A DNA stretch of 64,000 nt from Raja brachyura (Eukaryota): positions 21,452,001-21,516,000 of the forward strand of contig OY740809.1 in the NCBI GenBank assembly GCA_963514005.1. The letters are read 5' to 3'. The translations under genes and the position numbers were made by a program. The notes beneath the pieces are model-generated. The model ran no database searches and was not told where the DNA came from. It saw only the letters and a list, made by a program, of their open reading frames with translations. This document shows, piece after piece, positions 10,801 through 21,324 of the stretch. The stretch's first letter is position 1, and each line of letters begins with the position of its first letter.

Positions 10801-13800
10801 TGTGGCATGTAACCTGTAGTGCTGCCACCATGCACTGCTATATCAGTATTCCAGATAGCCAGTCTTCTCATTGAGTAGTTTTGATCAGTTTTACTGCACT
10901 GCACTATATTCAATATCAAGTCGAGTCAAGACTCAAGAATGTTTCATTGTCATATAGATCAATTAAATTCTTGCTGCAACTTACAGGCATATTAGTTTAG
11001 TTTATTGTCACGTGTACTGAGGTACAGTGGAAAGCTTTTGTTACGTGCTAACCAGTCAGCGGAAAGACAATACATGATTACAATCGAACCATCCACAGAT
11101 GTATGATAAAGGGCATAACGTGAATAACATTTAGTGCAAGATACAGCCAGCAAAGTCTGATCAAAGATTAAAATATTAAAATGCACCAGCATAAATATAT
11201 ACAATTATCAGGCATACTAGGTAAGTCAGACCATTTTATTTATCCAAGCCAAAGTATGTAGTGCAATCTTAATTGTACAAAGCCCTTAGTATTTCAGTGC
11301 GTAGGGAGGGTTGTGCAGGGTGGTTAATATCCTGAAATTGGTTCAGAGCAGATTTACTAAAACCATAGCTGAAATGGGTGGAATGTCTTGTAGGTAAATA
11401 TTGGACAAGTGGTATCAATTAATTAGAGTAAGAGGGATTGATTGAAACAAAGAATTCAGAAAAATTTAGAGGGTGTGTTTCCTTTTGTCACTCTTTAAAA
11501 ATAAGAGTTCACCCATTTAAGTTGCAATTTGTTTATCCTGAGGACATTATTTAGAACTCTGCTTCCACAGGCCTCTGAGGAAGAGGCTGAAAGCTTTTAA
11601 GAAAGATTCTTGATAGGCAAGACGGAGATTGGGCATAAATGTGAAATTGAGGTTATGGTCAGATTAGCCCTAATTTTATTAAATGGCACGTGAGAAAGAA
11701 GGACTGAATTTTTGCTCCTAATTGGATTGCAGCAGTTAAGTTTCAAAGTGTGCTGGCGTAGGGAGGAGCAAATTGCACTCGCATGCCTGTATCTGGGTTG
11801 AAAAAGGACAAATTGCAGTTGCATAGCTTTATCTGGGATTAAAAGAAGAACACAACTTTTACTGTTTGTTGCAGGGCATCAATGGAAGCTACAAGGAGAA
11901 TCTGATGAAGCTGAATAAGTTTGTGATGGTGAAATTTTTGAAAGATTCCATGGTCGTCCCAGCTGATTCAGAGGTGAGGTTGGAGTCTTTTCACTTCTAC
12001 TGGTAGCCCTATTATAGTTAAAAATGTGAAATGTCTTTCTCAATCTCTTCTCGAAACTTTAGGTTACACCTCCAATTGCTGCCATCTTTTGTCTTTACAT
12101 TTGTAGTTTCTAATATTCCTTGGTATTTTCATGGTATAGTTTTCTCCTCAGTTACCATACTATACAAATTTGTGGGAAGTTTCCATATATACACAAAGTT
12201 AAACCTTTTGCAATCTAAAGAAATTAAACTGACCTTATTAGAGTCATTATTTTTTTCCCTCCTTATTCCCCCTTCCTCCACAAAAAAAACAATGTAATAG
12301 TCTCAGACACTGGTCAGCTATTCATCCTCAAAAGCTTTTTCTAGCGTTTTCTCGACAACCAACCATTTTGTTTACTCTTTTCCTGCTACTCCAACCGTGA
12401 AAACCTGCATATGTTATTTTTTACCTTAATTGAGCCCATTTATTTAGCTGCTGATTTCTACCTCCCTTTAGTCTTAAATGTTGCATTTCCTAGTTTCACC
12501 TACTTTTATTTATTAACTTCCTGATCAGTAAGGATGTCAAAGGCTACGGGGAGAAGTAGGAAAAAGGGGTTGATGGAAAAATGATCACTCTCATCCATTC
12601 TCAGTAAACTGATCAATTTAATCTTGTCTTTAAAGTGATCGTAAATAATTACCTTCCCTAGTGTAATGTCATTACCATAAAATATCTTCCCCAGCATTGC
12701 CGACAATTTCCCCTTTCTCGCATCACGACTCTTTATCCATCTTTCTCATTGCCTCCTCCTTGAATCTCTCTAGACTTTAGCATCAAAAGGCTCCAACAAT
12801 AAACATCTTTACAAAATTGTAAACATTCTGTTTAATGGGACATTTCCTCACATTCATGGCACGATTGACATGCGTGCTTTGAGCTACTTATTCACAGACT
12901 CCATCATCTCACGCTCTACATCTTCCAGGTCTTTATCAATCTCTTCTCGAAACTTTTGGTTACACCTCCAATTGCTGCCATCTTTTGTCTTTACATTTGT
13001 AGTTTCTAATATTCCTTGGTATATTGCATGGTATAGTTTTCTCCTCAGTTACCATACTATACAAATCTGGAAACACTTATTCTGTGCTTTCTGTTCCTTT
13101 AGCTCCATTTACACTTCAGGTTATAGATTCTGCTTAAGTGGTGTAGGGGGGGGGGATGTGTAAAGAAAAGTTATTGCAAAACATCATAGTTGGAAAGGGA
13201 GTTTCAGCTAGTTAATTCTCAGCAGACACATTAGTCTGTTAGATACAAGGCAGATCTTTTGTGTGTCAGTGTTATTTCTGTTTAGCCAACCTGGAGCTAT
13301 TGTATGATGTGAGCTGAAATGCTTTCTATTCTCCCCCCTCAACTACAGATATAGCAAATGAGCTGATGGTTCAGGTTGCCCAAGAAGTGGTGGTACTCAA
13401 TTTAAAATATTGGTGGTTACACAAAAAGCTGGAGAAACTCAGCGGGTGCAGCAGCATCTAAGGGGCGAAGGAGATAGGCGACGTTTCGGGTCGAGACCCT
13501 TCTTCAGACTGGTGGTGGTGGTTTCCATGTAAACAGATGAATGATTACAAAGCTCCACAGTAGGAGCCATTTGAAAGATCTATTGATCATCTTGGAAAAT
13601 ATAGGAACCATTTTTAAATGTTTGATTCCATTACTGAAAAGTTGTGACACATGGTCAAATAACCTTACTGTCACTTTAATTACAATTTATTTTTAATCTC
13701 TTCCAGTGGTTTGGTTTCTATAACGCTGGCCAGGCGAAGGTCACATACACCTTACAGGAGAGTGATCTTTATCATGAGGTAAGAATCGCAATGTTACTTG

Positions 13801-14919
13801 AGTAATTTATAGAAGAGGTAAATTGGGTAGATGTCCTCTCCACCAGCAGACCTTTGGAGATGGTGGAATGTTCCATTCTGAAGTCTTTATTTGAATTTGA
13901 TTCAAAAATTGCATGAAATAGATCTGGGTAAATCTGAATTAAAAAGACCAGCAAATAGTGCAAGATGCCCCAAGATGTTGAATTGAAGGCAAACTGTGGT
14001 CAGAGATGGGAAACTGGCTTTGAAACAATTATAAAAATAGATTTCACTTGTTAGAAGGGAAAAATGAGTAAAAGTGGGAGTTTCAGAAATAAAGATAAGA
14101 CAGCATTGAAACTTTGAAATGATTCCTATAAAATAAAGCTAAGAGTCCAAGAAAGGGACTAGTAAAGCCAAGAGAAGGTTAGCCAAAAAATGAATGATAA
14201 AATGTTTAAGTGTTGGGAATGGGATAGACCTCTGGCAAAATGTCAGAACTGCTGTGTCCAATAAGTTGCACTGTCACCTGATCAGTGGGGCAAAACGTTG
14301 AAACATTTTATGACCATATAACTGACATTACTTCTCTCTGCCCGAGGGGAGATGAATGGATAATTTTAACTCATCAAACTAGGGAGGGGTTTGTGGACAT
14401 GGGGTTTAATTTCAGCATTCAGTGAAAAGGAGGGTATTGTATATGTTATCAAAATAAAGACAGAAGTGGCTGAAGAGATTATTCCTATACATCTACATTT
14501 TCTAATTGGAAAGTGGATGCACTTTTCCGGTAGTTGAGATTGGGCTGCCTCTATTAACCAGACATTATGATCTTGACCAGCTTAACTATGAAGCATTATC
14601 TAAATTGATGACCTTGAACTGGGGAGCAATGGATAACATTGGAAATTTTTCATGAGGACTGTACTAGTTTTGAACACTTAAAATTATCCAAACTGTTTTG
14701 CAAACTTTGATTTTTTCATTCATTGTTTTGATTTTTTTAAAACCTGGTGGTTTTGCAGAAACATCAGAGTAAATGCATTTTTGTTTTGCCCAAAAGGATC
14801 GATTAGGATTGAAAGTGATGGACAAAGCAAAGAAACTGGAATTTCTAACAGTGGATGGGGATCACCTTCAGTTCTCAGAAGAATGGTTCATTACCAACAT
14901 AATTCCTTATCTGAAGTGA
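1735..14919 (+). CDS. PPT1: Palmitoyl-protein thioesterase 1, complete spliced CDS (9 exons, 912 nt, 303 aa)
   Basis: join(1735-1849,4016-4125,5748-5875,5968-6038,7451-7553,10613-10703,11875-11973,13707-13778,14797-14919). All introns are GT-AG and the frame is continuous. Motifs: [24 protein letters not shown] (catalytic Ser), FLKDSMV (Asp), DGDHL (His), plus an N-terminal hydrophobic signal peptide. Confidence 0.97.
4016..4125 (+). CDS. PPT1: PPT1 exon 2
   Basis: tag|GT GAC...; [37 protein letters not shown]; donor GAG|GTATG. Confidence 0.96.
4722..5166 (+). mobile_element. CR1-like LINE 3' fragment (young subfamily)
   Basis: [16 protein letters not shown]...[18 protein letters not shown]; tail ggccgaatggcctact..(ttctatg)n. 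Confidence 0.85.
5748..5875 (+). CDS. PPT1: PPT1 exon 3 (catalytic Ser)
   Basis: [43 protein letters not shown]; aag| acceptor, |GTAAG donor. Confidence 0.97.
5968..6038 (+). CDS. PPT1: PPT1 exon 4
   Basis: [24 protein letters not shown]; cag| acceptor, |GTAAT donor; preceding intron is only 92 nt. Confidence 0.96.
6333..6615 (+). mobile_element. tRNA-derived V-SINE (HE1-like)
   Basis: gggttcgatcc B-box, V-domain, and the same tail as 25271-25547. Confidence 0.8.
7451..7553 (+). CDS. PPT1: PPT1 exon 5
   Basis: [33 protein letters not shown]; cag| acceptor, |GTAAG donor. Confidence 0.96.
7724..8080 (-). mobile_element. CR1-like LINE 3' fragment
   Basis: ORF 7822-8064 [19 protein letters not shown]; same tail as 4722-5166 in reverse orientation. 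Confidence 0.85.
8370..9545 (+). mobile_element. Highly degraded Penelope-like element
   Basis: Remnants collinear with 46870-48420 (ccattgactaccacagccatcttgactat; VPLILAFHP; GETV..GDCFA GIY-YIG remnant). Confidence 0.55.
9668..10282 (-). mobile_element. CR1-like LINE 3' fragment
   Basis: [48 protein letters not shown]...; small internal duplication near 9950-9990. Confidence 0.87.
10613..10703 (+). CDS. PPT1: PPT1 exon 6
   Basis: [30 protein letters not shown]; cag| acceptor, |GTAGG donor. Confidence 0.96.
11875..11973 (+). CDS. PPT1: PPT1 exon 7 (catalytic Asp)
   Basis: [33 protein letters not shown]; cag| acceptor, |GTGAG donor. Confidence 0.96.
12033..13066. repeat. Direct repeat of about 137 bp (12033-12169 and 12929-13066)
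   Basis: Near-identical copies of ..caatctcttctcgaaacttt..ggttacacctccaattgctgccatcttttgtc..ccatactatacaaat. Confidence 0.9.
13480..13507 (-). ncRNA. Minimal type I hammerhead ribozyme motif in a Penelope pLTR fragment (13415-13510)
   Basis: - strand CUGAAGA-A-GGGUC(UC)GACCC-GAAA-CG-UC: intact catalytic core, perfect stem II, palindromic ACGU stem III, GUC cleavage triplet. Confidence 0.65.
13707..13778 (+). CDS. PPT1: PPT1 exon 8
   Basis: [24 protein letters not shown]; ccag| acceptor, |GTAAG donor. Confidence 0.96.
14797..14919 (+). CDS. PPT1: PPT1 exon 9, coding part (catalytic His, stop)
   Basis: [40 protein letters not shown]; TGA at 14917-14919. Confidence 0.96.
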   Translation, partial: DRLGLKVMDKAKKLEFLTVDGDHLQFSEEWFITNIIPYLK

Positions 14920-15816
14920 TTCTTTTACAAAGCTACTAATTTTCTGCTAATTGTTTCATCACTTAACATATTGAATTGTAAAGCACTGGGCTACTATCTG
15001 TTTAAATTACAACGCGTTGCTAATCCAACCTACTGCAGGTTTAGGAAGCAGAGCAAGCATTTTGGCTCCCTCAAGAATGAGGGCTTGTGATTGTCCATTC
15101 TGCATGGCAGGCATGAATTTTCAGTCTGTTCATTTAGAAGCTGAAAGTTTCATAGTGATGAGTGCAAAGCGAGTCTGGAAATGAATCTGCATTTTCCTTT
15201 CACATCTAAAGAAAATTATGCCCATCTAATGGCAAGGAGTTCTTCTTGATCATCTAATATTTATATATAAACACATGCACATATACACAATGAATAAGAA
15301 CAAATGTTCAAACATTTGCCAAATGTTTTTGAACATACCAAGAAATGAGACTCTTCAATGTTGTAATTCATCACTGAATTACTACTTTTAAGGTTAGCAT
15401 TTCAATGCAAGTTCAAAACTAGTCTTGTGCCATGGGGTGCAGATTAGTGTACTATAATCAAAGCAAAATGAGGCAGCCAGAATTTCCGTATCTTATTATC
15501 CCTCAGCTACTGCCTCACCTGTTTAATTGTATAAACTATTGAAGCAAAATGTGTCTAAAGCTCAACATAAATGTGAAATAAGTAGATGTGATTTAGAATG
15601 CTTTTTCATAATTGAGGTCTTCAAGAATATGAAAGTCTTTCATACTTTGCACTGAACAACGAAAGCATTTACTTCACTCAAGTACAATGGTGAGCTGTGT
15701 TATTGAATCACTTACTACATGTTCCATTGTCATTGTAGAGGATGGATAAATTATGTACATGATCTATGCCAACCTGGAAGTGAATGAAGATTAATTATAT
15801 TGGTGTAAGTGCAAAG

Positions 15817-15822
15817 ATTAAA
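15817..15822 (+). terminator. Candidate PPT1 polyadenylation signal (ATTAAA)
   Basis: ATTAAA followed about 35 nt later by a GU-rich stretch (ttcctttgtttgtgctgtt); would give a 3'UTR of about 0.9 kb. Confidence 0.45.
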
Positions 15823-16429
15823 AGCTGATTTAACGAATTAAGCAATTCTACAAATTCCTTTGTTTGTGCTGTTAACAATTCATATTTTTCTTCTCCAAAT
15901 ACTGCTTCAGTGGTGGTTCAACTCGACATCATCATTGCTTTTGTCAGTTCCTCAATCGGAACAGAGTATCAGATACTTCTGAATCTTAACCTACTTTAAA
16001 TTTAGACCCAATGCAATTCAGCAAATTAAGTTTTCTTAGGAGTGTTTTTGGTGCAGGGTGAAAATACACCATTGCCAGATCTAGAAGGGATCCAATTTCT
16101 TCAAAATAAGTCTTTACACATTAACCCCAACCAGATCCCCAAATCTGAGGAAAAACTAGAACACCAAGACAATAATGATGTATGTTGTGAATTCCATCCA
16201 TGTAATAGAATTGGCATTATATCTGAACTACCAGCACTAGTTAGAAAAGTCCAAAACATAAAAATACAAATATAAAATGTGATAAACCTAAATTGATTTT
16301 TAACTTGGATGAACAAGCTGAACTATATCCACAACTAGGCTGAGTGTTAAGAATGCACTTCAACTGAATACATGTATCTTGGAAATATAACCAAAACTAA
16401 CCTGCAAGAAACCAGTAGCTATTTCAGTG

Positions 16430-16830
16430 GGGTGACACAGTAGCGCAGCGGTAGACTACTGCCAAAAATCCGGGTTCGATCCTGACTGTACAGATAGTAC
16501 GGGTGTCAGGGGTTTTGGGGAGAAGGCAGGAGAATGGGGTTAAGAGGGATAGATCAGCCATGATTGAATGGTGGAGTATACTTGATGAGCTAAATGGCCT
16601 AATTCTGCTCCTATCACGGGTACTTGTCTGTATGCTCTCCCCGTGACCAGCGTGGATTTTCTAAGGTTTTCAGTTTCCTCTCACACTCCAAAGACATACA
16701 GGTTTGAAGGTTAGTTGGCTTGGTATCAATGTAAATTCTCTCTAGTACATGTAGAATAGTATTTAGTGTGCAGGGGTCGCTGGTCGGTGTGGACTCGAAG
16801 AGCCTATTTCTCTATTATCTCCAAACTAAA
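16430..16830 (+). mobile_element. V-SINE interrupted by a CR1 3' fragment (about 16490-16615)
   Basis: SINE head to gatcctgact, then a CR1 tail (ggggagaaggcaggagaatgggg..aattctgctcctatcac), then the SINE body resumes. Confidence 0.75.
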
Positions 16831-18496
16831 AAGTGGGGGGGGGGTGGGGGGAGTGTGAAATCCAATATGTCTATGGCACTTGAAAAATATCTAAATTTGT
16901 ATTTGATGCCCATTTCTGGTCTCATGTACACACTACCCCATATGAACTCTATTGTTGCATCTTCTGTCATCAATAAAGTTTGCCAACTCATTTGCTGGAA
17001 TTTATGGCACAATGCCTGCTTTATTTGTTTCTGATAATAGCAAAGGAAATGCTCGTCACCACACTCATGCTGTAATGCTCGAAAGAGTGCAGAAGATATT
17101 CACCAGCCTGGTATGGTTATGAGAGACTGGATATCTGTGGAATTATTTGCCACAGAAGGCTGTAGAGGCCAGGTTAGTGGATATTTTTAAAGGCAGAGAT
17201 AGATAGATTGTTGATAGGTGTCTGAGGTTATGGGGAGAAGGCAGGAGAATGGGATTAGATGGGAGAGATAGATCAGCCACGATAGAATGGCAGGGTAGAC
17301 TTAATGGGCCAAATGGCCCAATTCGATTCCTATGACATGGATAGGCTGAAATAGTGGAGCACAAGAAGCTGAGGGGTGATCCAATGGAGGTTTATAAAAT
17401 TATGAGGGGCATATATAGGATAGATAGTCTTTTACCAAGCATAGGCAATTCTAAACATAGATAAATGTTTTAAGGTAAGAAAATATTTAGAGGAGACCTG
17501 AGGGACAAGTATTTCCATAGAGATTGGGGGTGGGGTATATGGGACAGCTTCCAGAGGTAGTTTGAGGGGCAGGTATAATCATCATAGGACTAAAAACCAT
17601 TTGGACAGATGCATGGATAGGAAAGGGATGTTGGGCAAATGCATGAAAATAGGACTCAACTGGAATAGCCAGGTTCAGCTAAAGCAGCTAAAAAAACCCC
17701 AGTACATTATGAAATTTGGAGCAGGGAAAGAAAATCTATTCCCAACAGCATTTCAAAAAAAAAAAAAAACCAGGAGTGAGAAATGTGATAAAAATCACTT
17801 TCACATTGCAAAGAAATGGCTCACTGCCAACATAATTATTTGCCTAAGTGATCATTCTACTGAGTCTGCAGCTATCATGTAATAAATAGGTTCATACATG
17901 TAATTCCACCCTTTTGATAAAAGCTCATTTCAAATTACAATCTCTTTGATTGATTGATAAACCAAGATACAACAAAGATTTAGAGGAACCCTTGGACATA
18001 GAAGAGATGTCTTTGGACAGAACCTTCACACAGTGGAAAGTCTCAAGATAATTTCAATGTTGCAAACCGTTATACAACAGCTCCTTTGTAATCGAATCAC
18101 AATCCTTTATATCCCACAGCAATCTTACAGACTCCGCAGGGCAGATTAGCCACAACATGGTAAAATCACTGAAATCAGTCTCCATTGCTGCTCGGAGAGA
18201 CAAGTTGATACATCTATTTGATTCCCAATTGTGTTTGCATATCTCTTCATTTTAGATTTTTTGGCTTTTTCCCAAAAAAAAACATTACCAAAGCTTTGCT
18301 TTTGCCTTAACATCAAGTCTAATTTTGCAGATGTTCACAAATAATATTTGAACCATACAAATTTAAAGACCAAGATCAGACAGTATTGCGCTGAATACAG
18401 GCAGGTTGCATTCTTAGTAAACTGCAGCTTAATGTAACAGTAAAGTGTTACCTGTGCAGGTCAAGAAGTTATGGCATTGAAAAAAAACAAATTGTG

Positions 18497-18541
18497 TTTA
18501 TTAACTTTTTTTCACATAAATTCTGAGAGTGGGTATTTATT
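18497..18541 (-). terminator. Candidate distal CAP1 poly(A) signals (two AATAAA on - strand)
   Basis: tttatt at 18497-18502 and 18536-18541 with U-rich sequence downstream on the - strand; a more proximal AATAAA lies at 20820-20825. Confidence 0.4.
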
Positions 18542-21240
18542 AAATACTTTAAATTTTTGGGTAGTGATATGTGAATTTTGTAGGAGTGAAGTTCCATTAC
18601 CCAAATGACTGAAACGTGGACATCGCCGGTTCTTGGTTTTGATTATGCACATTACAAGAGTGTGAACTGGATCCCGTGGGTGAGTTATTTCCTCCACCAA
18701 GACGGTTAGGACATTTTGAAGTATTACTCGTGCAACAACGCACCTCTTGACTGTTTTATAGTTTCTTCTTACAAGGACAAATAAAATGAATTCATTATAT
18801 TGATGGCGCCAATGATCGCTTACAGCGAGAATCATTGACATTGGTTAGTACTTTGCTGAACAAAGCTTGCCATAAAAGGATGTAGTTGATCAATGCTGTG
18901 AGAGTTGTTGAGACTGCAGACATTCTTGTTCAAGTTAATTAGCTCTGCCAAATAGGAACCCAATTGATGTACAATATTAATAGCTTTTGATTACATAATT
19001 ATTGTTAATATAATTTCTCATAACAGGTCTACTTATAAAGCTCATAATTTCAATCCCTCCACCCCAGGTTTCACACTCATGGACAGTGATCTATAACCGT
19101 GAACAAATGAAGAAAACAACAACATGAAATGTAACAATTTAGAAGCGAGTTGGCAAATTTTATTTTGCAGTTTAATTCCTGATTTACTCAAGATAGCATA
19201 GTAACCGTAAGTAGCAAGAACTGAGTTTGATCCCTCTTGTACATAACCAAAATATTAGCAAATTGATACTGAAACATTGATATCAGGTTTAGAAAATACA
19301 ATACAGCAATTTATCACAGCAATAGAGGCTGTTAACATCAATCTGCGGGCAATATCCTGCATGATGGAGGGGCAATAAATTGTTATGAGTACAAGAATTG
19401 CTCTGAACAAGTTCACTTTAAATATAAAAAGTCAAATGCATTTCTCAAACTAATGGCAACCAGTTGTTTAATTTAACTTAATCTTAATTAAACTGCTACA
19501 ATAGTTAATAGTTTACAGTAGCAGCTTTGCAACCCAACTGTAGCCATACGTAATCACAGCATACTCACTATCTGGTAAATTCTCACAACTCTCAATGTGC
19601 AAACTTGTACTAAGATTGCAAAATAGCTCCACAGATCTCATGCATGTGAATACACCATAATCAAAGTCCAGTGATCCATTTAGAAATTAATATACATCTT
19701 GTAAGGCCCCAATTATTTCCCCACCTATTAGTACAACGTTGATAGCTTTGAAAAATAACTAAAAATTAAGCATAAAAATTAAGCATCGAGCGCCAATCAC
19801 AGAATATGAAAACAGAAGCACTAAAAAGGAATGCTTTAACTATCTGGCATAAATGTCTATTATATACCAGTGGAACATTTTAAATTGGAAAAAAAAGTGA
19901 TTATACATTGTGCAACCAGTGCTGAAATGTTAATAACCAGAGAAGAGCGTTGTTAATGTCTACTGAAACTCAAATTACTTAACATTGTATAGAGGAACCA
20001 ATGAGTAAATAATGGGCATTGGGATCATTTTTAGACATACATTTACAGAAGAAACCCCCAAAGCATCTGAAGGAAGACACCAAGACCTAATATTCAAAAT
20101 AATGATGCAAATCAGATATTTTATCCAAATCAGCAGGAATTAGACCCTGAGAAAAGATGAGCAAAGTTTAATATTTAATATATTTTTGGAAACAATCGAG
20201 GACAAACCACATTAGGGTCCAAACCTCATCTTACGACCATGCTAGAAATAAAACCCAGGCCAATGAAGCTGTCAAAGTATAATTGTGTTAAAGTGATGTC
20301 CAAATGATAAATATTGAGAAACAATGCAGCGTGCATGTTCACTGGAAATCCGCATTTGGTTTTGAAGCCATGGAATGTTTTACAGCTACTTGATAGTAAC
20401 CCACCCGTACCCACATCTAATTTCTGCAGGAATTAGACTGATATCTTTTTTAGAATTTCAAGTATAGATCACAAAATTGGAGAGCAATATGCACAAAAAT
20501 AAATGCAGGATCTCGAACCCTCACAAGTTTTGATCTGGTTCATGGATGGAAGTTCTTACCCAAGAATGGGTAACAATTGTGCACATTAGACTATATATAA
20601 TTTCAAAGGATAAAAAACAATCTTAGTAGTGCAGTGAAGAGAATTCCACCCTTTAAGTCAAAAGCACAAGCAGTCCCAAAGCCTAATTAATCAATGCAAG
20701 AGGCACAGGGTAAGTAGAAATTAAAAAGTAATTGTAATTGCGTATTAGAACTCATCTATGCCTATTTGGCAGGACTTAAGATCAGTCTGGGATACTTGCA
20801 TTACAAATGTTAGAAATAATTTATTTAAGCCAGTGTGAGAGGAAACAGAAAAGCCTCTCTCCTTGCCCGGCACAATTAAGAGTTCAGCAATGTTATTCTA
20901 GTAAATTGTACTTTGGTGCACTATACTCACTCATAAAAGCTCTTTCCAATTGTTTCTATCTCCACATTGTTCTAACCCCATAGATTCACAAATATACACT
21001 GCTAGTTTTTTCAGGACAGCAGTCATCATCCATCTGCTTTCGGCCATTTCATACTGGAAAGGGCAATTCCAGTATTGAGGTATATGGCGAACCAGAATAA
21101 GTAGCTCTTGAGTAGAGTGATAGGACAAAAAAAAAAGGGTGAATTGTGCAGAAAGTTAGCTTGTTGCTTCTACAGATTAATCAGGCTCATGACTAGCAAC
21201 ATCATTAAGACCATGCCTGTGGGTTAACGTCCCCATATGC

Positions 21241-21324
21241 TTAACAGCTTATTTCAGTAACTGTAGTCACCAATTTCTGCCCATTCCAGACAGACTTAAA
21301 TTGTTCTGGGACAGGGTATTCCAT
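21241..21324 (-). CDS. CAP1: CAP1 exon 13, coding part (stop)
   Basis: [27 protein letters not shown]; TAA at 21241-21243. Confidence 0.96.
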   Translation of the reverse strand: MEYPVPEQFKSVWNGQKLVTTVTEISC

